NCBI GenBank assembly: GCA_900088475.1 | Contig: FLMG01001035.1 | Location: 1 to 63,759, forward strand | Length of the DNA: 63,759 nt | Reading direction: 5' to 3' | Origin: Hyphochytrium catenoides | Taxonomy: Eukaryota; Protista; Hyphochytriomycota | In this document: positions 12,056-23,545 of the stretch, one piece after another | How the letters are laid out: every line of letters starts with the position of its first letter | How positions within the stretch are numbered: the stretch's first letter is position 1 | The notes under the pieces: generated by a model | What the model was told of the DNA's origin: nothing | What the model saw: the letters and a program-made list of their open reading frames with translations, nothing else | The model's database searches: none | Made by a program: the position numbers and the translations under genes

Positions 12056-12548
12056 GCCACTTAGTCAGATGAAAAGGAGGATCATTTCATGCCACCAAGA
12101 AGAACAAGTCTCCAGCTGAAGAGGATGACCTTATAGCGACATCAAGTGCTGCTCAACAAATAACAAGCCCAGCTCCTAATATCCCTAATGTTGATGCTTC
12201 TCGGCATCATGGTTATTTGGTCTCGGCTGGCGATGGCCTTACACCTTCCTAACACCAGAATCTCTTTGTCCATTCATTGAAGAAAATGCGTCTGGCCTAC
12301 TACTTCTCTCTTGTTCCTCTTCCGTAGTGCTGCAAATCTTCTTTTATAGACAATAGTCTACAGTCTACTAGTCACTACTCCTTTTCATAGAATAATCGCT
12401 CGTATATAGTAAAGGCCATTTAGTCAGATGAAACTGAAGGATCATTTCACGCTACCAAGAAGAACAGGTCTCCAGCTGAGGAGGATGGCCCGATAGCGAC
12501 ATCAAGTGCTGCTCAACAATTAGCTAGCCCAGATCCTGATATCCCTAA
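11889..12548. repeat. Diverged tandem duplication (~300-bp and ~360-bp units) including a retroelement 3'-end motif
   Basis: Both units start TTGATGCTTCTC.GCATCATGGTTATTTGGTCTCGGCTGGCGATGGCCTT and end ATATCCCTAAT; unit 2 has ~60 bp extra. Confidence 0.9.
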
Positions 12549-13051
12549 TAGCTCTCTTACGTCGACACCTCCTACTGCGTATGTCTCTTCAACGTCTCCT
12601 TCAAATGGTAGCTCTCCTCCCAGATCGCCCACCATTGCTTTCCAACAACAACAACCTGCCGACGACTCCGTCGTGGAGGAGACGTCAGTAGATGACCCGA
12701 TTTTTTGCCCACATGAAGCAGATGCTTCTATTTAAGAGAGTGTCCCGACAGCACCCGTCACAATGCCAGCACCCGTCGGCAGCAGCGGGACCTAATACTA
12801 CTTCAGGAACGTCATCAGCTTCGAAGAGGAGCCACAAGGGACAAAAGAGGCCAAAGACTAAGGGTAGAAAGCGGAACATGAAAAGTGCAAAGAATTTATG
12901 TTCAAAATGCAAGAAACATGAAATGGCCGTGTCCAGACTAGAATTTTCTTCTACTTTGAGCGGGTGAGGTGCCCAGGCTACTACAGTCTTCATCTACTTT
13001 TTTGGGAAGCATCTCCACCGGGGTGTTGGCCACTCGTAAAAAATTGACTAC

Positions 13052-14490
13052 AGGTAGGAGATTAGTGGGCAACGTGGTTAGGCCGATGGGCTTCATCAAG
13101 CTTTGGGCAAATAGAAGTGTTTGCTTTATTTTTGTACTTTACAAGGTTATATAGAAGGGATGATAGCTACTACTAATAACTAAGAACTAGTATAAGATGA
13201 AGAAGAAGAAAAGAAGGAGGAGAAGAAGACGAAGAAGAGGAAGAAGAAGAAGAAGAAGAGAAAGAAGAAGAAGAAGAAGAGAAAAACAGAGGAGACGAGA
13301 GTTACAAACCCCTGGACTCTATAACGTGTTCTCCTCCACCACCTTCACCATCAATGTTGGAAAAGAAGCAGTATCATAGTTGAACTCTTCCGTAATAGTG
13401 ATAGGAGACGGCAGAGGAGAAGAAGAAGAGGGCGTGGCGCCGAGACCATCATCATCATCGCCCTCAATCATGCAAGCTAGGGCGGGGTCCAACTGCTGAA
13501 CAGAAATACGTTTCCGAATCTGTAGCGCATTCTCTTCATGGATGGCGAACGAGATTCTGGTATGGAGAGTCAGGACCTTTGCCAACAGAGACCAATGACC
13601 AATAGGACGGGAAGCCTCAAGAGCAGCACGATCACACTGAAGCTTGACCAGCGGTTGCACAGAGTCCAGGATATGCGGCATAGCACCACCAAAAGACTCC
13701 CAGACAAGCGGCACAAACTGAAGCCACACAGCCTGGCAGGGACACTCATACTTCCTCAGCTTCGCTTTCTCGGACAAACGACCTTGATAGCCGGCATGAA
13801 CTGCTGCATAGGGAAGCGTCCTGGATTGCAGCGAATCCGTACTGATAGGTTGTTGCAAAGTTACGAACCTACAAATCTCCAGGCTTCTGATTGGAGACCG
13901 GAAGGAGGTGGCGAGGTTCGCGAGAGACTTTGAGACCAGAATCCCAAAAGGCATGAAAGAGGAGGTCCTGGACGCGGCGTTGACGTTGGTGAGCGCCACC
14001 GCCACGACGACAGCCTGTGCCATGATCGCCAAAGGCATCCCTTGGGCGGGCACATGACAGGCAAGAAGCTGGGAGTGCGCACGAAAGGGATACCTAGAAA
14101 TCGCCACAGCATCACACGGAACACCAACGGAGAAGAGACGACCTTCAATTGCAGCCAAGGAACCGGGGCAGCCCGAAGGAAGGCCCTTGCCTGTCCTGCG
14201 TGTAGGAGGGAAGCAGCCCGCAAGCGAGCTTGTGAGCACAAGTCTACGCTAGCAGAAGACAGGAGAACACTGGAAGCCGTCACCCACACAAAGCGGGACA
14301 GGTACCGTCGCAGATGTTCCTAAGCCAAAAGATCCAGGAAGGACTGACGCAGCTTCACATCGCGCACGTCATTGGCGTTTCAAAAGGCATCGAGAAGCTC
14401 GGCGGCCAGTGGAGGTGAGTTAGCTCCGATCTCCGGCAAACGGAGGAGCTGAGCAACTAGAGTGGCAGAGGCACCAAGAGTCGTCGGGAA
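13052..14490 (-). mobile_element. CRE-like retrotransposon 3' portion: zinc knuckle, RLE and (TTC)n-rich 3'UTR
   Basis: QARAFLRAAP, CPPKGCL region, QKPGDL, KAKLRKYECPC..LQFVPLVWESFGG, RISFAIHEENA; 3'UTR shared with 20700-20925. Confidence 0.85.
13197..13290. repeat. (GAA)n-rich purine tract within the retroelement 3'UTR
   Basis: Direct reading; paralogous tract at 20840-20920. Confidence 0.9.
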
Positions 14491-16165
14491 AGGTAGCTAA
14501 TAAAGTTTGGAAGAAAGACTCTATTCAGTCATTAGAACTCACGTCCTCATCTTCTTCTTTGCAGTTAACCGAATGCCTCCTCTTCTATCATCACTTACAA
14601 ACTGTTGTCCCGCAAATGACGAGCTGCTACCTGTCATCTTGTCCCATGAACCACATCGATATCAGTCAATCGCTCTTGATAATATTTCTTATATTATCAG
14701 CAAATTATAAGTAAACCACTGTCAAAGTCCGGCAGAAAAGGAGTACCAACAGCAGAAGAGAATATAAGTATAGCGTCTACCAGGTCGTCTTTTAGTGCGG
14801 ATTGGCTTCTCTCGCAGTGATTAGCAGCACAGCTATGACACGCGTAGAAAGCACAATAGCAGGGCTGAATACCCTTCTTGTTCTTTTGATGACGATAGAT
14901 GATGCAACATCGCAACAAGGCAAATCATTGAGACCAACATATCAACCAATGATCACCACTTTGCAACTCATCTCCTCCCTGATGGATTAAGCCTGCGGAG
15001 GTGGTGGTGCCAGAAGGGAAAGTAGCATTTCGCAGAATTCCGCTACTCTCGGTCGAGCTGCAGATAGAAGAAGAGTGCTCACTTACAGTTTCGAAAAGAA
15101 GAAAAGCTTTCCTTTCTCGTAGCCTCATAAAAGTTCTTCATGTGAGTCGTATTCTTGGTCTCTGTTCCTCTTCTTCTGTTCTGGTGAATTGTTGTCGAGT
15201 TCTAGGTTGAGCTTCTTCGGGAGGGAGAGAAGGCGCGCGGTGAAAGAAGTCTGATGATGAAGCGGCGAAGTCGGTAGACTTTTTGGCTTTTTGGTGGAGT
15301 TTGTTGGTTGTTTCTAGTCTGGAAAGATTCCTGACAATCTGATGGATCGCAGTTTTTTGGGCTGACCCCAGTTGTTACCCAGCAAAGCAAGAACTGCATC
15401 ACCTAAAAGAGAGTATTTCAGACCTCCTCCACGAACTCGTTGACAGCTCCATACAGTACTGTACATAATCAGTGGTGGGGAGGGCGACGGGCTTCAAAAG
15501 GAGAGAGTGGCCCCCACGATACGCGGTGGCGGGGTGGTGCCATTCCAAAACGCTGCTCCTCTTCCTCCCAAAGACTTCAGACCTGAATGGGGGAAGAGGT
15601 CCCATCCACGGAACAAAATGTTACGTACGGACAACCTTTGACAAACAGCAAATCTATGCGATTGACAGCTCTATTGACAGCTCTATGAAGGGAAAATTTC
15701 ACTCCCGTTACTCGCCAACCAGTCCTAAAAAAACTCCGTACATATTACTACAACATCTCCTCAGGTTGGACATTGTGGCACAGCAGGAAAGGTCGGTTAT
15801 TGTGTGGCGAGGATATGAAAACCTGTATGACTGGCACAAGGTGTCCCGTTCACCTATTATTACTACTGTACATCTCGTCAGTTTGAACAGAGGTTACCTT
15901 GTGGCACCAGCCAAGAAAGTTTAGTTCTGGGATCCTGGTTAGAGAGTGAGCTTGTTGATCAACAGCGACAGCTGAATAATGATGATGAATGAGACCTCCG
16001 GATACATATGTCAACCTCATCAGTTATTTGCTGTTTGAACGACTTCCATCCTCGCTGGTCTCTTCTCAACTGCTGCAAGCCCTCACTTCTGCATTTTCGC
16101 TTCTCTAAACAAAAGGAAAATTTTGATTGTTGTACAATAGAAGGCAATAGGCTTGACTGAAGATA

Positions 16166-18115
16166 ATGGAGTTCGAAGCGCTGCCATTGAAAGCTCTTCG
16201 GACCGTACTTCTGGACAAGGCGTATCAGGATCTGCAAGTGGCCAACAATGGGTACCTTACGAAGTACTGTCTTCAGCAACTGGTGGAGATTGCCGCTGAT
16301 CTCTCTCACCTGAACGCGATAGACCATACCCCTCTTCTAGAGGCTATCTACACCTATGAAGATCAAGTGATTAAAACGCTTGAGGAGTTATCTCGCATTG
16401 GGCCTTCCAGCAGCGAAGCTCTTGCAACAGATCTGTCAAACTTGAGATCTCGGCGCCTCAGGCGACCACCATCGACTTTATATTATCCTGAGGAGGATCG
16501 CACTTCAGAGGAACCCAGGTCCTGGTTATATTGGTCGTCCAACTACGAGACGGAGGATCTGGAGCGGTATCTACAATCGCAGCTCGAAAGGGCCGAACAT
16601 CAAGGGATTCAGATTTCAAACCTCATTCTAAGTTTCAGCAAGATCCCTCAAGCTAAGATTTCTTGGGATTGCATCTTTGGACGGTTTCCTCTGTTGGTGG
16701 AGTTTAAACTTATACTTGGTGTCAAGAGGGCTGAGCTGCGAGCAGACTTTGGGGCCAACCTTATCCTTGAAGCACTGTCACGCCTTTGCCCTAAGCTAAA
16801 GTGTCTGCACTTGGAGCTTCATGCTACTACGCCAGAGAGCAGTAGTACAAAAAAATTGAGGAGAAAGCTTTTCAAGATAACGAAGACGCCCTACGATGAC
16901 GAAACAACTGGTACGAAAGCACCAGTCTTTGGTCCAACGTTTGATATTCTTGATATTGCCTTAAGGCGATGGTACTTCTCGAATGGGGGGTTGAACAAGC
17001 TGTCATTGGAGTGTGTCACACCAATCGAGGGAGAGGAAGGCTTTTTCAACGACAGGTTCTACAAGGCTGTCGGGACTTATTGCCCTGCTTTGCAGGTCGC
17101 TGGATGGCGAGGTGTGTGGCTGGAGCAGAATGGAGGGGTGTTCGTCAAGGGTGAACACTCTGCCTCCTCAGAAACTCTTGTAAAGTACTTCTCTCATCTT
17201 CCACTGACAAGTTTACGGATAGACTCAAATGAGTTGAACCTATATGGAACCTCTGACCGCCTACGCGCACTAGTGCCCTACACCCGTCCACATTTACGGA
17301 CGCTGATCTTTGAGCACGCCACAGATATGTGGTGGAATGTGGATAGAGACTCTGAGGACCAGCGCAAAGATTGGGATCCTCCTGCCTTTGATGATCTTAT
17401 TTCGAAGTGCTCAGAGCTGCGGGACTTCTTTGTCATGTATGAAGATGACTCCGATTTTGGGCGAGATGTTGTCAGCGATGAATCGCTCGTCTCCCTGCAG
17501 AGGCACTGCCCCAAACTGCAGCTGATTTCTGTAAGGCCCTATGAGAACAGCCAAGATAGACCTACGCTGAGGAAACTTACAAATGCAGGGATAGCTGCAC
17601 TAGGGAATATGCCTGAACTGCGCTACGCAAACTTTGACGATCTACCTATTGGAGTCACGGCCAATGGTCTAGCTGGCTTCTTTCAGGGCTGCAAGTCAGA
17701 ACGGGTCATCCTCAGCTTTCATATCCGGTCGTGGATGAGCTACAGCTTCAAGAAGATAGAGAAGCTGATGAAAGAGTTGCATCGTCAAATGGGACAGGTG
17801 AGAGTCGCGCCAGAAGAGCAGATGAGGAGGAAAACCACTTTACTCTTCAACTACGGAAACGCTGCGTCTTGCTGTAATGGTATGGAGAGCATCCATCGAT
17901 GGCTTTCGAAGAGACGGTCTAATTTTCAGAGAAAAGAGGAGTCTTCATCAAGTGAGCGAAAGGGCAAGGTGGGGAAAGAGGGGAAGGTGATTTTCGAAAT
18001 AACAGATTTACCAAGTGAAGACTGCGAAGGTTTCACTGCGTACTACAGTACGGATGATGAATTGGAGTCCTCCGATGTCTTTCGGGCTTTCAGCGAGACA
18101 TTCTACGACATATAA
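16166..18115 (+). CDS. LRR/RNI-like (F-box/LRR-type) protein, 649 aa, intronless
   Basis: Repeated units LSRLCPKLKCLHL, GTYCPALQ, SKCSELRDF, LQRHCPKLQLISV and LTNAGIAALGNMPELRY. Confidence 0.7.
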   Translation: MEFEALPLKALRTVLLDKAYQDLQVANNGYLTKYCLQQLVEIAADLSHLNAIDHTPLLEAIYTYEDQVIKTLEELSRIGPSSSEALATDLSNLRSRRLRRPPSTLYYPEEDRTSEEPRSWLYWSSNYETEDLERYLQSQLERAEHQGIQISNLILSFSKIPQAKISWDCIFGRFPLLVEFKLILGVKRAELRADFGANLILEALSRLCPKLKCLHLELHATTPESSSTKKLRRKLFKITKTPYDDETTGTKAPVFGPTFDILDIALRRWYFSNGGLNKLSLECVTPIEGEEGFFNDRFYKAVGTYCPALQVAGWRGVWLEQNGGVFVKGEHSASSETLVKYFSHLPLTSLRIDSNELNLYGTSDRLRALVPYTRPHLRTLIFEHATDMWWNVDRDSEDQRKDWDPPAFDDLISKCSELRDFFVMYEDDSDFGRDVVSDESLVSLQRHCPKLQLISVRPYENSQDRPTLRKLTNAGIAALGNMPELRYANFDDLPIGVTANGLAGFFQGCKSERVILSFHIRSWMSYSFKKIEKLMKELHRQMGQVRVAPEEQMRRKTTLLFNYGNAASCCNGMESIHRWLSKRRSNFQRKEESSSSERKGKVGKEGKVIFEITDLPSEDCEGFTAYYSTDDELESSDVFRAFSETFYDI

Positions 18116-18506
18116 AAGTTGTATAAATGCAACACAAAGTACCTTTGTTATCCTGCTTCTCTCGGCGGGCTCGGTTTTTCTTCTTTCTTCTCTCTCTTCT
18201 CATATTTTTTTCTAGGAATATATATAGGGGGAGAAAGGAGTCAATCAGGCCACCTGATGATGGCAGCACAGTTTTTTCGACAAAGTGACCACAACATTCT
18301 GTTCCCTGGGGAAAGCTGGACAAGGCGCGGCACCTCATGTCAACTGGAGTGAAGCAAAAAACACTGCTTCTTATTGAGGGTACACGGTCCAAAGTGGACC
18401 CTACGAAGCTCCTGGCGTTGTGGGCTCCTCCTTTGCATCCAAGTCGGCAGCGGACGCCTTCCGCTGGTGGCAGGACCATGGTGGTGATGAGACCCCAACA
18501 TCCGAG

Positions 18507-18641
18507 AAGCTTAGAGACTTAGTCAATGCTATTGACCCTTGAAAGCACGATACCTATTCCACCAGGATGGGTCCACGCAGTCGTAAACCTCCCATGAGAT
18601 AAAAAGAACTTAACGGTCGACAAGCTTAGAGACTTAGTCAA
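18507..18641. repeat. 20-bp perfect direct repeat AAGCTTAGAGACTTAGTCAA spaced 115 bp
   Basis: Copies at 18507-18526 and 18622-18641. Confidence 0.9.
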
Positions 18642-20308
18642 ATGCAGTCGGCCTCAAGGAAGATGCCCTCTTGGCATACGCCTTCATTGTCACGCAGCTT
18701 TGTGATATCATAGACAATTGCCGAGAAACCAAGTCATATTGGTCTGTATAGGGGTAACTGAACTGGAGGTAATTCTCTATGTCCTTCGCTGGTTCTAGGC
18801 CATACACGGTTCAAAGTCCAGCATGTAACTGAACACCTCCCGTGCCTGGCGAGCGGCTCTTAAGTTCCTTTGAGGAGCGCTAGCGTGAGTTGTTACTCTT
18901 GTTCTGGAACTTCTCAACTAACTAAATTAGTTCATACATTCTCTACTAAGCGCTATCATCTACTCTGTTCTTCTCTGTCTACTCTGTTCTTTACTTTGCC
19001 TCCTGACTTATGTTCTCCTTGTGCCATCCTACTTCGCTATATCGGCTACTGTCAGTTCTCTCCTACATCCTTTGTAAGTCCTGTAAGCCCTACATTAATA
19101 CTGTACCTTCTTGGACAGGTATCCGCAAAAGCCAGTATCACCGAGCAACCAGCATCGCCAGCTACTTGCAACCTCCAATGACGCGATTTTAGTGATGGCT
19201 CCAGGTTATTCTGGGATATCCGGGATCCAATTGAGAAGGCAAGACTCTTGAAGAGACCAAGACTGGTAACCCTATATGAACCATCGTCTGAGAAGTCCTA
19301 CTTAACGTGCTATTCTAGTGCGCTGGACTTTGAAGAATCTCAGTGCAGTTGTCCTTGCTGAGTCCGGAGACTCTGGAGTGGAGCCCACACTCACTGTTCC
19401 TGCTTAGTCCTGCGGAAGACCTCTAAGTGTTAAGCTGTCTTATGAAAACCGGATCAGGGTATCCGACCTTTGCAATTAAGAACGTTTATCACCAAAGTTC
19501 ACATCAGTCCAGCGGATCTGGACGGCACTACTGACGATAATGGTCCAGTTGCTCTAAAAAAAGAATAGCCCAAGGAGAAGTCCTTCATTATATGACCTGA
19601 TGAGTGAGACGCAGTATCGCTGGCTGATGAGGCGTGACGCACACACCTTCAGGCTATGCTTGGGACGTTTGCTCATAAGATACGGACACGATAACCGAGT
19701 TTCTGCCTTGCAAGAGGCTTGAAAAGTCCTTTTACCTATTATGATCAAAAAAAGCGACTAGTGAGTTAGCCCATTGTATGGCTAGGTTGTTGGCTATAAA
19801 GAATCATCTCTCCTCGAATGCAACGGCTTATAACCTGCAACATGCAGAGACCATAAAAGAGCATTATCTTGATTGACTGGGGCCACTAATCATACTGTTG
19901 TGTGACGACCAATCAAAAGCTCTTGTGCCTCAACCAACAAATCCTCATTCTTGAACAAAGTACAGGCACGAGATGAGACTTGGCAAGCAAAGATGGTGAT
20001 GACTGAAAAGTAGGGACGATACATAGGCTAACCATCATTACGATGTTATTAGGATGCTCCTAATGATATGATTTAGATTGGCGCCTAATAAGGTCTCCAA
20101 TAATGACTCCGCCATCTCGTCTTTCTTCAAAAGAGGCCACTAAACGATGAACGAACGGTGAAGTGGGCGATAGTATCACTCCTCCGCTAGAAATTCTTGC
20201 ACTCGATGCTTTTCCTGGCACCGCTGAAAACGACTTTGAATGCTCAAGTCGAGCAGAGGCAGCATCTGGTATGCTGATAGCGAAAGTTTGGCCATAATGA
20301 GATTCTTC

Positions 20309-20700
20309 CTAATGTGACAAATACCAGGACTTCGCAAAAGCCTTTACTAGCTGCACCAGTAAGGGCCTCCTCAGTGATGACTGCGCCTCTGTCTTCATCG
20401 AGAACCTTGGATTGTGAAGATGGCCTCCCTGAAGTGCAGCAACTAAGAGCTCCCTAGAAGGCTTGTCGGGATAGTAAGAGTGTGCGATCAAAAGCTCGAG
20501 ATTGTCTAGGTCACCAAGTCTGGCTGCCAAACACTGTCCAGGTACTGTCTGTCACCTTCTGGTAGTACTCCTTCGCCAGCGTCAATATAATATCCAAACG
20601 CTTCTGTTTAGCTGCCCAGGAGATGACCACTCCTACATTCGCCTTTCTACCAGTTATTGCTGCTTCGATTAGTGGTACCAAGTTGCCATTGAACTCTGCA
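20309..20700 (-). pseudogene. Ankyrin-repeat protein relic
   Basis: WAAKQKRLDII, AARLGDLDNLELL and AALQGGHLH motifs split across frames. Confidence 0.55.
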
Positions 20701-21900
20701 GGTAGGAGATTACTGGGCGACGTGGCTAGGCCGATGGGATTCATCAAGCTTTGGGCAAATAGAAATGTCTACTCTTAATTTTTACTTTTTATATAGAAGG
20801 GATGATAGCTACTACTACAGGTACTAATAACTGAGAAGTAAAAGAAGAAGAAGAAGAAAAGAAGGAGGAGAAGAAGACGAAGGAGAAGAAGAAGGAGAAG
20901 AAGAAGAGAAAAGAAGCAGAAGCGAGGCCAAGGCCACCCAGGCGTATGGGTCAGGTAGCTTGTTGCCAGGCCAGATCCGAGACGGAAGGCAGAACCAATA
21001 GCCACGCCAGAAAAATTATTTACGTAAGCGAAGGCCAAACTTAAAGCAGAGGAAGGCTAACTGGGAAGGAGGACAACCGCGCAAGTCGCAGCACCAGCAC
21101 TTCGAAACCAATCGACGAAGCGTCTCGCCCGCGGCGATGGAACGAAGGCCACCATCTTTCTTGGTCAAGCCGAATAAAGCGGCTCCCACAAGAAAGAGTG
21201 AGAGATTAGAGGTTGCAAGGCCCCGAGCCAAGAGAGAAGTCAACTCAATCAGCCAGGGAATTGCAGAGGGCTTCGCGAACAGAGGAGAAGGAGTCAAGAG
21301 ACAGAGGTCTTTCAGGTGCTGGGGCCGCAATTGAGAGGCGCCAGCCGCTGAGCCAGGAGGGAAAGACAGAGCCTAGCGGTGATAGAAGGAACAGAGAAGG
21401 AAGAAGAGAAAGCATTATCAGTAGAAGGAAAGAAAACGGCGAGGGAGACAATGTCATCAATGGCGGCACCCTCGGCGGGGTGATTGGCCCTAAGGATAGA
21501 GAGAGTTTCCTTCGAGGGTGTAATCGTAGCGATACCATGGGACACCAGGGCCGCGACAGCTTTCGCAAACAAGCCTTCTTCGGCCAGCGTGGACGCTCGT
21601 CGGCCGTTTGCTGGATAGATGAGGAGACTCCACCTAAGGCGGGCGAGTCGTAAATGTCCTGGGAAGAGGGCGGTGACGGCAAGTGGCAGGCGCCACACGC
21701 CTCCATCCCAAAGACCCCAGTGATCACCAGCTTGCCACTGGAGAGAGACGGTGGAGAATCATCACCTGCGACAGACTAGCACTCCTAGCTCGACGATGAT
21801 TGTGACCTCCGCGGGCAGGGCGGGACCCATCGGAGGAGCACTGCTTTGGAAAGAGGACACAGGCTCTCAGGAGTGAGCCAAATGCTACGGCGCATTCATT
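20697..21900 (-). mobile_element. Internally deleted CRE-like retrotransposon (pre-RT and RT N-terminus joined to 3'UTR)
   Basis: LAEEGLFAKAVAALVSHG, LRANHP, RPQHLKDL and GAALFGLTKKDGGLRSIAAGETLRRLVSKC; 5' part homologous to 27585-27735, 3' part to 13052-13290. Confidence 0.88.
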
Positions 21901-22015
21901 CAGGACCAGCGAACCCTTATATAGATACAGTAAAACATCGTCGTTCCTTTTATAATAAAAGTTTGTTGAACATACTGAGAGTGATGAGTTATTTGTCCAA
22001 TACATTCTGAAGGAG

Positions 22016-22193
22016 TGCCACAATCTCTTCTGGGTCTCTGATTGGCTGGGAGGTTCTCTCATCAACCTTCTAGGTCTATCCGACCTAAAGAGACTATTAG
22101 GCCTGTCATAATAAAACAGCAGGTTCAGTAGTGCCACAATTTTTCTTGATTGGCTGAGAGGTTCTCCCAACTTCTAGGTCGGTCCGACCTAAA
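22016..22193. repeat. Two ~65-75-bp imperfect repeats, each ending in a TAGGTC..GACCTA hairpin
   Basis: GTGCCACAAT...TGATTGGCTG.GAGGTTCTC...TTCTAGGTC(TATCC/GGTCC)GACCTAAA at 22016-22089 and 22131-22193. Confidence 0.8.
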
Positions 22194-23545
22194 AATAGTA
22201 TTACGGAGTAAGGTAAAAACAGCAGAAATAGAACCTCTTTAACGCTATTTTCGATTCAATGATGCAACCTCCTCCAGCGGTAGAAGTAATAAGTATACAG
22301 TAGGAGCTTTTTTCCAGATTTAGGAGCACCATCAAACCGGCTCCATCCCCGAAAGTAAAGGCTTCCTTCTATAGAAGTTGATGGCAAAGATAGCCTGCAC
22401 GAATTAGGTGAAGGTAGTCGAGCATAACGCAATTTGCAGAAGTCACAACTGTCAAGAATAGAAAATAAAGCCTTTCCCGAAAGGATCTGCAAAAGCAGAT
22501 TTCTATGTCCGTAGAAAGTCCCAATCGCTAACCCCACTTCCCTGTTCTGATGATGTAGGCTCTATAAGTAAAGACATCTTTCGAAATTAGTGCTCTCGCG
22601 AAGCCGATAATAGGATAGATCTGATGAGTACATGAGTACTGGGCCTACACCCGAAAGTATGGTGGGAGGGTTTACATTCGACAAAATCACGTAGGTGAAT
22701 TATGCGACGGCGGACGGCGGACAATATCTTCTTTTTGATGCCCAAAATCAGAGATTGGGCGGATTTCACGGCTCTACTTATTCTCTCGGACTGTAGAACT
22801 ATCTGAAGTGCCGCCGCAAGCGAGAGCTGAGTGCCAATAGAACTAATCTAGAGTGAAGGTTATGATGATGTTATGTCAAGGTAGCAAGCCGAGTGCTGAT
22901 GAGTCCCTTGAGAGGGAAAGGAAACGATGTCAGCAGCTATCTCAGCCCCTCTCGTCTCATGGAGGTGGGTACTGCAGTCCTCACCTTACTGGATATTCCT
23001 GCTGTTGTTGCTCTATGCACCTTTATTTAGCTCGGATGGCAACAGGGCACCTCCCTCCTCACCCAGGGACTGCTGGGGGGTTGGAAAGGGGGGGGGGCAG
23101 TTCTGGCCAAGAGAGGTCCTAATCTTCAGTCTGCTTGTAATGTAGGGCTTATAGACTAAGGTGATGCTGAAAATAGACGCTAGTCATAGACATATATATA
23201 TAACACCGTTGGTCGTGCTAAGTCCAGCTGCTCCTGTAGATTCCCGTCGTCTCCTCTCTCTCTCGGACCCTCTTCACTCTTTCTATTTCTACATCTGCCG
23301 TCACCTGAGACATCCATACATAAGTGTCTTCTTCTGCCTGCAATCAGGGAGTCGTCAGGAGGCCGACGGGGCGCCGCGCTAAAACAAGACACCGCTGGTA
23401 TCTGAGGTGCTCTTGAAAGTGATCACCTACAGTCTTCGCAACAACCGAACAGGCGTGCCCCTGCCGGCGTCATCATGTCCAAGCAGCAAGCAATCCAGCA
23501 GACTCACAGCGTAAGCAGAGTCTTGTCCCTCCTCGCTGACCGTCG

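Noticed and set aside
13197-13379. Arg/Lys-rich ORF as a protamine-like gene (also 62915-63231 and 56490-56801)
   Set aside because: These are translations of GAA or GA/CT microsatellites.
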